Below, one piece after another: positions 37,050 through 50,629 of a stretch of DNA of 64,000 nt; position 1 is the first letter of the stretch, and every line of letters starts with the position of its first letter. The notes under the pieces are model-generated. The model had not been told where the DNA came from. It was given only the letters and a program-made list of their open reading frames with translations, and did no database searches. This DNA is from Chiloscyllium plagiosum (taxonomy: Eukaryota): the NCBI RefSeq assembly GCF_004010195.1, contig NC_057748.1, positions 16,457,829-16,521,828 of the forward strand, written 5' to 3'. Made by a program: the position numbers and the translations under genes.

Positions 37050-39437
37050 ATTCAGTATGTGAATGTACCTACTAAAGAAGATGCCAAACCTGACCTACTC
37101 TTGGGAAATAAGGCAGGGCAAGTGACTGAGGTATCAGTGCAGGAACACTTTGGATCCAGTGACTGTAATTCTATTAGTTTTAACATAGTGAGGAAAAAGT
37201 TAGACCAGATCTAAAAGTTGAAGTTCCAAATTGGAGGAAGGCTAATTTTGACGGTATTAGGCAAGAACTTTCAAAAGCTGACTGGGAGCAGATGTTTGCA
37301 GGTAAAGGGATGGCTGGAAAATGGGAAGCCTTCAGAAATGAGATAACGAGAGTCCAGAGACAATATATCCCTGTTAGGGTGAAAGGAAAGGCTGGTAGGT
37401 GCAGAGAATGCTGGATGATGAGAGAAGTTGAGGTCTTGGTTAAGAAAAAGAAGGAAGCATATGTCAGGTATAGACAAGATAGATCGAGTGAATCCTTAGA
37501 ACAGTATAAAGGCAATAGGAGTTCCCTGAAGAAGGAAATCATGAGGGCAAAAAGGGGACATGAGATAGCTTTGGCAAATAGGGTTACGGAAAATCCAAAG
37601 GGTTTTTATTAATACAATAAGGACAAAAGGGTAACTAGGGAGAGAATAGGGCCCCTCAAAGATCAGCAAGACAGCCTATGTGTAGAGCCGCAGCAGATGG
37701 GAAGATACAAAACAAGGATTTTGCATCAGTGTTTACTGTGGAGAAGGACATGGAAGATATAGAATGTAGGGAAATAGATGGTGACATCTTAAAAAATGTA
37801 CATATTACAGAGGAGGAAATGCTGGGTGTCTTGAAATGCATAAAAATGGATAAATCCCCAAGACCTAATCAGATATACCCTAGAACTCTGTGGGAAGCTA
37901 GGGCAGTGATTGCTGGGCCTCTTACTGAGATATTTGTATCATCGATAGTCACAGGTGAGGTGTCAGAAGACTGCAGGTTGGCAAACGTGGTGCCACTGTT
38001 TAAGAAAGGAGGCAAGGAAAAGCCAGGGAACTATAGACCAGTGAGCCTGACCTCGGTGGTGGGCAAGTTGTTGGAGGGAATCCTGAGGGATGGGACTTAC
38101 ATGTATTTGGAAAGGCAAGGACTGATTAGGGATAGTCAGCATGACTTTGTGCGTGGGAAATCATGTCTCCCAAATTTGATTGAGTTTTATGAAGAAATAA
38201 TGAAGAGGATTGATGAGGGCAGAATGGTAGACGTGATCTGTATGGATTTCAGTAAGGCATTTGACAAGGTTCCCCACGGGAGACTGGTTGGCAAGGTTAA
38301 ATCTCATGGAATACAGGGAGACCTAGCCATTTGGATACAGAACTGGCTCAAAGGTAGAAGACAGAGAGTGGTGATGGAGGGTTGTTTTTCAGACTGGAAG
38401 CTTGTGACCAGTGGAGTGCCACAAGGATTGGTGCTTTTTATGATTCATGTAAATGATTTGGATGTGAGCATAGGAGGCGTAGTTAGTAAGTTGACACCAA
38501 AATTGGAGGTGTAGTGGACAGCGAAGAAGGTTACCTGAGAGTACAACGAGATCTTGATCAGACGGGCCAATGGGCCGAAGAGTGACAGATGGAGTTTAAT
38601 TTAGATAAATGTGAAGTACTGCATTTTGGAAAGGCAAATCAGGGCAGGACTTATACACTTAATGATAATGTTGAAACTTTATTGCTGGAACAGCACAGCA
38701 GGTCAGGGGACCAATGGCCTGGGGAGTGTTGCTGAACAAAGAGACCTTGGAGTGCAGGTTCATAGTTCCTTGAAAGTAGAGTTGCAGGTAGATAGGATAG
38801 TGAAGAAGGCAATTGGTATGCTTTCCTTTATTGGTCGGAGTATTGAGTATAGGAGTTGGGAGGTTCATGTTTCGGCTGTACAAGTCATTGGCTAGGCCAC
38901 TTTTGCAATATTGCGTGCAATTCTGATCTTCTTCCTAGCAGAAGGATGTTGTGAAACATGAAAGGGTTCAGAAAAGATTTACAAGGATGTTGTCAGGGTT
39001 TGGAGGGTTTGAGCTATAGGGAGAGGCTGAACAGGCTGGGGCTGTTTTCCCTGGAGTGTCAGAAGCTCAGGATTGACCTTTTGGAGGTTTATAAAATCGT
39101 GAAGGGCATAGATAGGGTAAATAGACAAAGTCTTTTCCCTGGGGTGGGGGAGTCCAGAACTAGAGGGCATAAGTTTAGGGTGAGAGGGGAAAGATTTAAA
39201 AGGGACCTAAGGGGCAATTTTCTTCATGCAGAGGGTGGTGCGTGTATGGAATGAGCTGCCAGAGGAAGTGGTGGAGGCTGGTACAATTACAGCAGTTAAA
39301 AGGCATCTGGATGGGTGTATGAATAGGAAGGGTTTAGAGGGATAAATTGGACTAGATTAGATTGAGATATCTGGGCGAGATGGATGAATTGGACCGAAGG
39401 GTCTGTTTTCATGCTGTGTATCTCTATGACTCTATGA
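37050..39437 (+). mobile_element. CR1/HER1-type LINE, 5'-truncated ~2.4 kb with decayed ORF2 RT
   Basis: PLFKKG, NYRPVSLTS, DFSKAFDKVPH, SGVPQG, then LERVQ/RLGLFSLE/NFF..RVV..WN.LP and a (CTATGACT)n-type 3' tail. Frameshifts and stops are present. Confidence 0.92.
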
Positions 39438-39840
39438 TTCTAAGTGATAAGGTTACAATGACAAACCATGTTGTGAGTATAAAATTACTTACTGATAATT
39501 ATTTGAGATCATCTTTTCCACAGTTCATTAGAGTTTCTTTTGGATTTCCCTTGCGGCTCAAATCTAACATCACATGGAACTATAGGACTTAAGGGAGGAG
39601 TAGGCCATTCAGCCCTTTGAGTCTGCTTCACCATTCAATTGCCTGACAGCTAATTTGGCTGTAATCTCAATTTCACCATGTATCTGTGTAAAAATCAATC
39701 TCAAGACTGTTCAACTAAAAATATCGGCTTCACACAAGTAGATATGGTCTATGGTAGTTGCCAAACTTTGCTGTACCCCTAATGTTCAAAATACATTTTT
39801 GACTTCTGTATTGAATTGTGTTATGAGTAAAATTCCAAAG

Positions 39841-40058
39841 TGTAGTGATTATAACAAGGTCAGCCAGGTGGACCTCCTAGAATATGAGTTCCCTGATTGG
39901 GACTGTTCAACTAGTCCACTCAGGGAGCCCTGGCTGACAGATATAAACAGGAGTGTCAGAGGTTCTGTTCACTCTGAGAGCTGGCTCTGAGGGAGCCGGA
40001 TCAGTGTAAATAAAGGGTGACTTGGTGATGGGATACCAGTCTCTGTGGAGTTATTTTG
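39841..40058 (+). mobile_element. Solo LTR (LTR-retrotransposon type, unrelated to the ERV LTRs)
   Basis: Starts TGTAGTG and has internal TATAAA and AATAAA. Flanked by 5-bp CAAAG/CAAAG. A diverged antisense relative with TG..CA ends spans 34547-35101. Confidence 0.7.
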
Positions 40059-41043
40059 CAAAGCAATAGTTACTTTCCTTTTCTCACCACCTATTAAAGC
40101 TATCTGGTCTATGCCTCTCACAATAAAAGACCGCAAAGAAACAACAGATAAAGACAATTCATAAGTAAGACAAAAGAAATTACTACGACTTGACTGCCAA
40201 TCAAGAATGCGTTTGAACATATCCTAAAAGATATTTCTCAGGAATTTTGTGTTTGGCTGCAGCTCCAAACAAACCAGTTAATTGTTGCAGTCACAAATCA
40301 AGTTAAGCTGAGCTGTGACTTTTGTTCCTTGTTAATTTTTAAACCAAATACTTGAATTTCCTTGAGCTTTCTCCTGCTATGTCTCCTGCAACTTACTTGG
40401 TTGATGCAAATCCTGGTTTATCTGTGTAAATGGAGTTATAGAGTTATAAAGTCATAGAGTCATAATAAAAACAGACGTTTCAGTCCAACTCATCTGTGCA
40501 AACTAGACATCCCAATCAGACCTAGTCCCATTTGCCAGCAATAGGCCCATATCCCTCTAAACCCTTCCTATTCATATACCAATCCAGATGCCTTTTAAAT
40601 GTAATTGCATCACCTCCACTTGAATCCATTTTCTTCTCATCAGAGACAAATGTGCTACTAACTGAGCCATCGCCAACACCTATGCCCTTCTCAGTTGCAA
40701 ATGTACTATGTAGCATCATATTATGATGGCTTTGCACTTAATAATATTTGTGCAGTTCGGGTTGTGGATACCAGTTCCTTTTTAAAGACATCAACGAAAG
40801 GATTTAGGAGCATTTTTTAAACAAGGCATTTCTTGGCTATGTTACATATTAGCCTTCATTGCAAGAGGATTCGTGTTCAGTTGATGTTGTATTTGCAGTG
40901 AAGTTACAACAGCAAACTGCAAAAAAAGGGTGACAAAACCAGTGCATCAAATTGTCAAGAAAAATGATTCATTTTTGACACAAATCCATTGTCATTAATA
41001 TTTCAAAATCTTTGAAATAACAATTCTTTTTACTTTGTCTTAG

Positions 41044-41102
41044 GGGAGCCAGACTGGTGCCTGGGCTGTTTGAGTGTGGATTGCTTTTGTGTTGGGGAGC
41101 AG
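41044..41102 (+). CDS. ICOSLG: B7-family gene exon 2, signal peptide (R-GARLVPGLFECGLLLCWGA)
   Basis: Polypyrimidine acceptor TTCTTTTTACTTTGTCTTAG and donor CAG|GTAAAT. 59 nt, phase 2 in and phase 1 out, encoding a hydrophobic leader that joins the IgV exon in frame. Confidence 0.75.
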
Positions 41103-41502
41103 GTAAATTTAAATGTTCATTTCTTAGCAACAACTCACATTTCCTTTCATGTTGCCTCCATATCACTGATGTTCTATGGGCGTGATTCACTTTCATCTTT
41201 ATCGATCTTCCGAAATGTGCACTATCCTTGTACAAGCTGCAGTAAACAGTCTCTCCAAAGTCCGCATCAACTAATAGATGGTAGGAAGTGTGCCTGGGTG
41301 CGGTTTTAATCTGAACCCATTTCTTTTCCCAGGGCTAAAGGGATCAAAGGGTGTGGGCAGGAACAAGGTACTGAGTTGGATGATCAGCTGTGATGGTATT
41401 GAATGACAGAGCAGGCTTGAAGGGTTTGCTTCTGCTCCTAACTCCGAAGAAGTTAAACTTTTTTTTTGATCACTTACAATTCTCCAGCATCACCACAGGA
41501 TC

Positions 41503-41818
41503 ATCAAATCCCTACAGTGCGGAACGAGGCCATTTGATCGATCAAGTCTATATCAACCCTTCTAAGGGCACCCCACCCAAACCCCTACTCTCTAACCCAG
41601 TATTTACCATGGCTAATCTACCTAGCCTACCCATCCCTGGACACTATAGAAAATTTAGCATGGCCAATCCACCCTAACCTGCTTATCTTTGGATTTTGGG
41701 GAGGAAACCCATGCAGATACAGGGAGAATGTGCAAACGCCACACAGACAGTCTCCCAAGGGTGGAATCAAACCCAGGTCTCTGGCAATGTGAGGCTGCAC
41801 CACTGAACTCCCATGCCG
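41503..41818 (-). mobile_element. HE1-type V-SINE in intron 2
   Basis: V-domain on the - strand. Confidence 0.72.
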
Positions 41819-42056
41819 ACCTACAGATGCAGCCATATTAAAGAAGGATTGGAAGATTATAAACAGTGCTCTTCATTTCTCCTTTGTTCCCTAAGGATCC
41901 TCTTCGTTCTATCTGGTCTCGGTCACTTTTCATTTAAATCGCTTCTAATACCTCCTGCTTATCAGCCTGTGATGTTCTCCTCATTATTTATTACTTTTCC
42001 AGTTTTTATCATCGGGACAACAGCATTTTCATGTATTCTTTATTTTTATTCCCCAG

Positions 42057-42398
42057 TTTCCTTGTCAACCCTCACAGTCTCAGGAATTGTTGGGGAAAGT
42101 GCTCTGCTGCCCTGTGTGGATAGCACTATAAAAAATCATGCTCTTGATGAGATACGCGTGTACTGGCAGATGGCTGACCAGTTAGTCCATGCCTTTCACT
42201 CAGGGAAGGAACATGCTTACCAGGACTACAGCAATAGAGCCAGACTTTTTACAAAAGAATTCAAGCAAGGCAACTTCTCCCTTCTCCTGTCTGACCTCCG
42301 AGTGAGTGACGAAGCTGAATACATCTGCGTAATTCAGATGAAACAGAAGACGGGGTATGATGTGGTTCTGTCTGTTTCAGTCAGTTTGCAAATAGCAG
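42057..42398 (+). CDS. ICOSLG: B7-family gene exon 3, IgV domain
   Basis: Acceptor TTTTTATTCCCCAG and donor CAG|GTAAAA, phase 1/1. V-set motifs: VGESALLPC, VYWQ, Y-NRA, GNFSLLL, D-A-Y-C. The end of the exon, GYDVVLSVSVSLQIA, resembles ICOSL GFQEVLSVEVTLHVA. Confidence 0.9.
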
Positions 42399-43094
42399 GT
42401 AAAATTTTTCTTTTTTGTTGAGCTGTGTTTTAAAAGGGGAATGGATAAATGGCTCTTGAGATTTTCTTTGTTTTACATAAGAGTGAACTTCCTTAATAAA
42501 TGTGCTTAATGTGCTGTATATTCTATTTAATAGTTGCATCGATCTCTTTCCCTTAATAGCTCAGCTGTTTTTTGCACAAGTGTAGGTAATGTAATACAGA
42601 ACACCTGGTTGGATTACTGGCCGTGATGTGCTAAGTTGGAATGAAAATCTTTAATACTCAGCAATTGTTTCCTTTAATTTTCATTCTGGGAAAGTACATT
42701 TCCTGCGCTGAAGTTTTGTGCTCAAGATGTTATAGTGGAACTTATGACTCAGTACCACAATAACAATACCACAGATGACATTAAAGAGGCATATGACTGA
42801 ATTTACAATTTATCCAGTAAGTGTTAAGCTGTCATGTTGTGAATAGCAGTATAGTGGACTCATGATCTGAAGACTTACTTTCAAATGTCATCACATTTAA
42901 CTGAATTTGAATTTGGTTGACCAAACTAGTCTGGAATTAAGTTAAATAGCTAGACTCATTAATGGTGACCATGAAACTGCTGGATTCTTGTTAAAACCCC
43001 ATCTGGTTCACAAATACATTTTTAAGGAAGGAATTTTCCATTCTTACCTAGTCTGAGCTACATATGACTCCTGACCCACATCAATGTGGTTAAC

Positions 43095-43447
43095 ATAGAG
43101 TCATACTGCACGGAAACAGACGCTTCGGTCCAACCAGTCCATGACAAACATAATCCCACACTAAACTAGTCCCACCTGCCTGCTCCTGGCCCCTATCCCT
43201 CCAAACTTTATCTAGTCATGTGCTTACCCAAATGTCTTTTAAATGTTGTAATTGTACCCACATCCACCACTTCCTCAGGAAGTTCATTTCACATGTGAAC
43301 CCTCCACTGTGTAAAACATTTGACCTTCATGTCTTTTTAAAATCTCTCTCCTCTCACCTTAAAGTCTTGAAATCCCCCATCCTAGGGGGAATAAAACTAC
43401 CATTAATCCTATCTATACCCCTCATTATCTTATCAACTTTTATAACA
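43095..43447 (-). mobile_element. CR1 LINE 3' fragment in intron 3
   Basis: Similar to 50630-50975 and other CR1 ends. Confidence 0.75.
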
Positions 43448-44437
43448 TCTTGATTGATCTTTGTAGTGATCAAGCAGGCCACTGTTTTCTGGAAGGGGGC
43501 TGACCAGCCTCTTCTCAAGGGCAATTAGGAATGGACAATAGATCTTGCCAGTGATGCCCACCTCCCCTGAATGATTTTTATTCAGAGAAACAAACTTGTG
43601 GCAGCCACAGTTGATGATTGCACTCTCCCCTTGATCTCGGTCACGTTCATTCTCCTTTGTTGCCTGCTTGACACCAGCTACAGTTTAGACTGACTGGTTT
43701 CAGCAGGTTACGTTTCTCTCACTTCTGACAGTTAGGCCTCTCCTATCAAGTGCAAGGCAATGAAGTGGGCCAGACCACTACAACAGGGGCCACTTTGCTC
43801 TCAAATATTCCTTCATTTGGGCTCCGCTTGGTTCAAGTGCTGAACTCCGCTCGGTCCTGAATTAATAAACGGATCAATCAGAAAACTTAGAGCTAATTCT
43901 GGTTAACACTCGTCACTTGGATTTGGATCTCTGGGATGGAGTCATGGTGCTCTACAGCACAAACAAAAAAAGCCCTTTGGCCCATCAAGTCTGTGCTTGT
44001 CAAAAACAAGTACCGAACTATTCTAATACCATTTTCCAACACTTGGCTCATAGCCTGGTATGTCTTGACATTGCAGCTGCACATTGAAATACTGTTTTAA
44101 GTGTTATGAGGGTTTCTGCCTCTACCACTCTTACAGTGGTAAGATTCCAGATTCCCACCACACGGTGGATGAAATCCCATCTAAACCTCCTGCCCCTTAC
44201 CTATAATCTGTGCTCCCTGATGTCCCCCCAGTACTCCCTGATGAAGGTACAAAGCATAGATATTAATTCCAGATCTGCTGGTAAGGATGCGCAATGTGTT
44301 CATCTCAGCTATGAGAGTGGATTCTATGCTGTTCATTGGGAGAGACAGAGTAATGTCTCAATTAAAGTTTAAAAGCGACTCTTGAACTCTGTAACTAACC
44401 TCTGTGCATTACTATCCTTTTTGGTTGGTGATTGTAG

Positions 44438-44731
44438 CTCACTATATGGAGCCGGTGTTGAGTGCACAATCTGAGCCGGGTCATGAAGCTCTTGTGAAGC
44501 TAAATTGTTCCTCATGGGGCGGCTATCCAGAACCACTTGTATACTGGACTGATGACATCACGAACACCCTTCCTGAAAACAGTACAGTCAAGAATGACAT
44601 TATTTTTTCTCATGGAGGACTGTACAACGTTACCTCCATCCTCTGGATCCAAGCTACATCATACTTGACATATACCTGCTCTATATACAATCCCAAGCTT
44701 CAGAAGAACAAAACTGCAACTTTGCATTGGA
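44438..44731 (+). CDS. ICOSLG: B7-family gene exon 4, IgC domain
   Basis: Acceptor TGATTGTAG and donor A|GTAAGT, phase 1/1. B7 IgC motifs: AHYMEP, LNCSSWGGYPEP-VYW, GLYNVTS-L, YTCSI-NP-LQ. Several N-X-S/T sequons. Confidence 0.9.
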
Positions 44732-45274
44732 GTAAGTAAAATTAAACATTACATTCTTCTGTTTGGAAGGGAAAGAATTGAAACATAGGCTGCCACCTTT
44801 TTGTGTGCTGAGTCCCTGAAACATTCAGATTCTGTTGCCTACCCAATGGCAACCCAGCTGTCCTGAACTGTGAGGTTTGCAGCAACTTCCAAAATTATTC
44901 AACTCATCAAGAAGTATTACCTAGTCCTGCACCCTCCCATTACACATTGGAAGCTAAATTAATGGTCAGGGGCTCAAATCCTGTTTGATTTTTATCCCTC
45001 CCAGCATCATAAACATTGACGTCAATTGTAACCTCATCAACTACTTTTCAGACTGAGATCGGTTAATGTAGAACTAAATTGGAAGGTCCCAGATGAGATC
45101 CTAGTCAATATAAACCAGCACTCCAGTGGGACTTTCCTGGCTTGTATAAGGTCAATGTAGCCAGTTGTAACCAGTCTAAACTGCTTTCTATTGTCCATGG
45201 AATTTGTAGATATTTTGACAACATAATTATAAGTGAAGGTATTATTGGTTCAGTTAATTGCACTCCAGTAGCCT

Positions 45275-45790
45275 GACTTTAGAGCCAGATTTAAGGAAAG
45301 GTATAATTTCATTGGAGACAGTTCAAAGAAGGTTCACTAGGATGATCCCTGGAATGGAGGGATTGTTTTATGAGCAAAGGCTAAACGTATTGGGACTCTA
45401 CTCACTGAAATCTAGAAGAATGAGAGGTGATCTCATTGAAATATATACGAGTCTTCAGAGGCTTGACAGCACAAAATGTTAAGATGATTTTTCTCTCATG
45501 GCAGAGCCTATGACCATAGGGCATAGTCTCAGAGTAAAAAGGCCACCGCTTTAAGAATGAGATGAGGAAGAACTTCTTCTCTCAGAAGGATGTGAGTCTT
45601 CAAGAGAGCTGTGGGGGCAAAGTCCTTGTATATAGACAAGGCTGAGATCGATTCTTTATCAGTATGGGAAATCAAGGATTATGGGAAAAGGCAGGAAAGT
45701 GGATATGAGTAATGTTGGATCAGCCATGGTCCTATTGAATGGTAGAGAAGGCTTGAACATTCTACTCCTGTTCCTAGTTAGTCTGCTCCT
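45275..45790 (+). mobile_element. Older CR1 3' fragment in intron 4
   Basis: LETVQRRFTRMIPG..LGLYSL..RRMRGDLIE. Confidence 0.75.
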
Positions 45791-46364
45791 GTTCCTAGAT
45801 CTTAAGGTCTAATTCACTGTGCAAAGATATAGGAATGGACCATTTAGCACTTGAACCTGTTCCACTGCTACTTAGCGAGAACATGACTGTTCAGATAGAT
45901 GGCGAATGGTTTTTGCCATGGTCCATTTAACTCTCAGTGGCCTTGGCACTACAAGTTGCTGGGAGTGGGTGGTGGAGACAGTGCCCCCTAGAAGGCACAT
46001 GGGATGTTTGAACAGATGAGGCAATTATGTATTGCCTTAACCACATGGTCTGAAATATTGTCAACTGAACAATACAACAAAAATGTGTCCTTCACCCAAG
46101 TTGCTTGAAATAATAGTGTAATAAATAATGGTGAGCGCTCTTAGCCTCCCTGTTGTTTCGATGATAAATTGTGGCCCATTGTTTATGAGTTGTGGATACC
46201 GTGTAATTGCAAAGAAATTTTGAACTGTAAGTGTAAACCTTTCTTTGCTACTCATTGCATGACTCATATCTCCAAACATTGCACAGAAAAAATGGATAAG
46301 AAAGTGAATTGCTTCATGTTGTTTTACATTAATGTCTCAGTAATTTTTTTTTGTATTTGGGCAG

Positions 46365-46511
46365 ATATTTCTGAAGGAGACCGTGAAGAGATCAGTGTCA
46401 GTGACACGCATCACAGATGGATTACACCAGTGGTTTTAGTTACACTCATCTTTGTGGTTACACTGGCAGGTTACATTTTGCTGAAACATTTTCCCAGGTC
46501 GTCACTGATGA
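46365..46511 (+). CDS. ICOSLG: B7-family gene exon 5, stalk + transmembrane helix
   Basis: Acceptor (T)9GTATTTGGGCAG and donor A|GTAAGT, phase 1/1. Hydrophobic WITPVVLVTLIFVVTLAGYILL is followed by basic KH..R. Confidence 0.85.
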
Positions 46512-46549
46512 GTAAGTGAATTATTTCCTCCAGTTTACTGAACTGGCAC

Positions 46550-46825
46550 TTAGGTGGGTCCTACCTGCCAATCTTCCTTCCCACCTATCTGCTTCACCCT
46601 CCTCTTCGACCTATCACCTTTACCCCCCCCACCTCCATCCACTTATTGTACTCTTAGCTACCTTTTCCTCAGCCCTACCCACCCCTCCCATTTATCTCTC
46701 CACTCCGGAGGCTCCCTGCCTCATTCCTGATGAAGAGCTTTTGTCCGAAACGTCAATTTTCCTGCTCCTCGGATGCTGCCTGACCTGCTGTACTTTTCCA
46801 GCACCACTCTAATCTTGACTTTCGC
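46550..46825 (+). mobile_element. Penelope-derived pseudo-LTR fragment just after the TM exon
   Basis: CCTGATGAAGAGCTTTTGTCCGAAACGTC core. Flanked by duplicated CTGGCACTTAGGTGGG. Confidence 0.7.
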
Positions 46826-47789
46826 CTGGCACTTAGGTGGGCCAAGTGGAGTTCAATTCTGCATTGACTCTAATGAACGGAGTTTGTCCAAACTGATTGG
46901 GACTGAATGGTGTCTAACCTGCCTGTTATAAATACCTTTGGCAAACTGTGTCAAATTGGATGTGCCCAGCAGTTGTGTACCTGTTAGAAGCACAAATATT
47001 TTTAAATTCTGAGAGATTACCAGAGGCAGGTATGAGAATTGTATAGTGAAGGTTGCTTTCTGGGATTGGTTTATGGTACATTTGTGGCCAGAGAAAAAGT
47101 TGAATTGTGGTACACCTATCCGCAGTCAGTGTGAGCTGGATGATAATATTGAGGACAAAATGTAGAGCTATGTCCCATCTCTCTTAACTTTGCTGACATC
47201 ATTGTATCCCTTTTTACTTCCTTAAAGAATATTAGTAAATTAGATAAATATCATTTCCCTTGCATGAAGCCATCTTGACTCAGCCTGATTGCCTTAAGAT
47301 AAAGTGGCTTCCGATAGCATTCTTAATGATGGATTCTTGCATTTCTAGCATCTCTGGGTATGTCCTGTCCCATCAGGAGGGCAAATCCACCAAAGGTGGT
47401 TGTCCAGTGGTGCACAGTTGGGAAGGAAGAGCTCTGGGAGTCCCCAGCATTGACTCAGGTCCAGATGAAATCCTATGGTATTGGGTCAAACATGAGCAAG
47501 GAAACCTCCTGCTGATTACCACCTACTCCTGTCATCATACCCTTGTAATAACCTTTATATAAGTTCAGTCATAGAGTTTCAGACCAACAGTTCTCAACCT
47601 TGAATGAAATGTGAAATTCTATTATGTTACTATCACTCTCACCAAAAGGATCTTTTATTATGAAAACATTGAATAACTCTGCCTCATTAGGTTAAAAGTA
47701 GCCTTTTCATTGGTTGTTTACTCAACTATTATTTTAAGAAATGGTCTGGAATACATTATTAACCAGTGAGTTTTGAGAAGAATTGCAGT

Positions 47790-47925
47790 TCAGGTTGAGG
47801 TTCTGGATGTAAGTTTGCTCACCGAGCTGCAAGATATGTTTTCAGACGTTTCGTCACTATACCTAGTATGGTGACGAAATTTCTGAAAATGAATCTTCCA
47901 GCTCGGTGAGCAAACTTACATCCAG
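47790..47925. mobile_element. Imperfect palindrome, probable Penelope-type terminal remnant (another family)
   Basis: TCTGGATGTAAGTTTGCTCACCGAGCTG...CAGCTCGGTGAGCAAACTTACATCCAGA, with a GACGAAACGTC half-core. Confidence 0.55.
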
Positions 47926-49827
47926 ACACTATGAACTCTTATCCTAGATTATCTTTACCAATTTGATTCATCCAATCTGAATTACGTTTAAAATTACTGT
48001 TGATAATTGACATTCTTTTCTTAGAAGTTTCCTTTATTTCTTAAATCATACTCTGTTCAAGAGTATATCTGCTGTCAGAGATTAAATTAAATTTCATCCA
48101 TTTGTCTGTCCATTTCACCAGTCTGTCCATATCCTTTTGAAGTCCTCCACTTTTCTCCTCATGTGCAACAATACTTTCAAGTTTTGTTTTGCTCGTCACA
48201 AAAAACAACTTTACACCAAGGTCTGGGTCATTAACATGTGTCAGAAAGGCACCAACCTCTGGGCCACTCCATTATCTGCAAAATAACAGTTTACCACTAC
48301 TCTTTGTTTCTTGGCATTCAACCAATTTCATAGCCAAGTTTCAACTGTATCTTTCATTCCATGAGCCCCAGCGTTGCTGACAAGTCTGTTGTGTGGTACT
48401 GCATCAAATATTTCATCCACTTCAGATGATATGAAACTTTGTTCTGTATGTCCGAGATCGTTAATGTTTATTGAAAAGTGTAGCACTGACCCCTATAGAA
48501 CACTATTGTACACATGGAGAGTTAATGTAGACTCAGCCTTTTGTCCTATATCCTATTTTGTATTCATGTCTTCACTGTCTGTTTTAATTCCATGGGTTTA
48601 AGGAGATACTTAGAAGGAAATTAATTCCAGTGACTGAAGAGTTGGTAGTGTGTGCACACAGATTTAAAACAATTAACAAAACAACTACAGGTAACATGAA
48701 GATTTCTTTTACACACAGTAAGCTTCCTGGGACCTGGTTCTGTCTCAAAGAATGTTGGAAGCAGATTCATAGTAACTTTCACAAGCAAATTTGATAAATA
48801 CTTGACAAGAATAACTTTGCAGAGCCACAGGGAAATATCAGGTGATTGGATAACTCTGCCAAACGGCCAGCCCAAGACTCAATAAACTGAATGTCCTCCT
48901 TCATTGATGCTATGGTATCATAAGCACTGATGTGGACTGTTTTGGGCTGATTACCTGTTTCTGTACGTTCTGTGGTAGTTTATGTGTATGATAATATCCT
49001 TTCAATTTCAACGGGCCTCCAAACTGTCAAGATTGAGGGCTAAGACCTGCTTCTGGAGAAGATTGATCCAACAGCCCAAGTATTGTCTTGGTGGGATTAA
49101 GTCAAATGCATTCATTACCTTTGAGGCTTCAGTTTTCTTCTGGCTGGTGGGGGAGTTGGAAACCAGGCTCTTGCCCCAGATTTTCACAGGAACTCCTTGA
49201 TCATCCAGAAAGGAGACATATTGAAAAGGAATGGAAAGACTTTAAAGCCATAGCCTTGGATATTTGCATGATCCAGTTATGCTCCAAGTAAATCCAGCTT
49301 AATGGGACCGGGGAATGGGAGGTATTGCTTTTCCTATAATTGAAATCTCCTTCAAATGTCATCTGCAAGATAAAATAAATTGTACTTTTTTCAGGAGTTG
49401 GTGTGGCTGCAGGACAATGTGAGTTAGCTTCCCTAAATGTCGTCAATCCTACATTAGGTGAGTGATCCCATTTTTAGGTGATTCTGATATTGACTATCTT
49501 CCTTCTAAAATAGAAATATTGATTTATAAACACTATAGAACACTGCGCTGGGACATGAACTCAGTATCTCCCTGAAAAAGTCATTTGAAAGAAATGGTGC
49601 CATATGTAAATACACAGTATGGATGATGCTGAGTCATGTCGAACAATGAGGTCCCTGAGTTATTTTAATTTCTGCCTGAGCGATAGCAGTTGTGCGACAA
49701 TTAGTCTCAGTGTCTCTGATTCCATGTGAACTCTGCTCAAACCTCTGGCTCGTTATTGGCTTGCACTTCGACCTGAGCTGGTTTCCTTGGCAGGTTTTGT
49801 CTGTCATTACTTGCCATTGCCTTCCAC

Positions 49828-49961
49828 ATAAGCCATTCCTGAAGAAGGGCTTATGCCCGAAACGTCGATTCTCCTGCTCCTTGGATGCTGCCTGACCTGC
49901 TGCGCTTTTCCAGCAACACATTTTCAGCTCTGATCTCCAGCATCTGCAGTCCTCACTTTCT
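49828..49961 (+). mobile_element. 5'-truncated Penelope-derived insertion beginning at the hammerhead core (49835-49870)
   Basis: 14-bp TSD CCATTGCCTTCCAC (49814-49827 / 49962-49975). Confidence 0.85.
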
Positions 49962-50143
49962 CCATTGCCTTCCACTCTCAGGGTCAGGCTGAGGAGGCAG
50001 GACCCAAGTCAACCTCTAGCTCGCTGTTTTAGCCAACTCAGACAAATGCAACTGGTCCCCGCAGCTTGGATTAAAGAATACAATAATATTCTCACCCTGC
50101 TTATTGTCAACTCAGTTTAACCACATCGAAAAATATTAATGAT

Positions 50144-50263
50144 TTGGAGATGCCGGTGTTGGACTGGGGTGTACAAAGTTAAAAATCACACAACACCAGG
50201 TTATAGTCCAACAGGTTTAATTGGAAGCACTAGCTTTAGGAGCGCTGCTCCTTCACCAGGATC
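50144..50263 (-). mobile_element. Truncated Penelope-like terminal fragment (same family as 7208-8488)
   Basis: Reverse complement of 8365-8487. Flanked by duplicated AAAATATTAATGAT. Confidence 0.75.
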
Positions 50264-50629
50264 AAAATATTAATGATCCATCATGAATATTTTGAACCCG
50301 TACAAACTGGACTATGTCCTTTCCATGCATACCATGTCAATCTCACACCACCAATCTCCCAAGTTCTGTATGTACTGTCTGGGAAGAGTTGGTACTATTT
50401 TTGCAACTTCATAATCTGTCCTTTAGAGAACACTGTGAGTGGTGGGAGGATTGGCAGTCTGCCAGTCTATGACACAAGTACTCCTTTGAGAGTGATAAAC
50501 ATCTATGAGACCAGGTGATAATGTAGTTAATGAGAACAATTTAAGGCTTGTAATATGGCCCGATTGCTTGTACTGAATGCCACAGATATAATCACACAGA
50601 GCACTATGTTCGCAGGCAGAAAGCACATA

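Noticed and set aside
37678-38514. 278-aa ORF as a host gene
   Set aside because: CR1 ORF2 RT fragment with a damaged catalytic region and flanking stops and frameshifts.
41813-42056. Hydrophobic N-terminal extension of the 202-aa ORF as a multi-pass leader
   Set aside because: Pyrimidine-rich intron upstream of a clear acceptor at 42056; a proper leader exon exists at 41044-41102.
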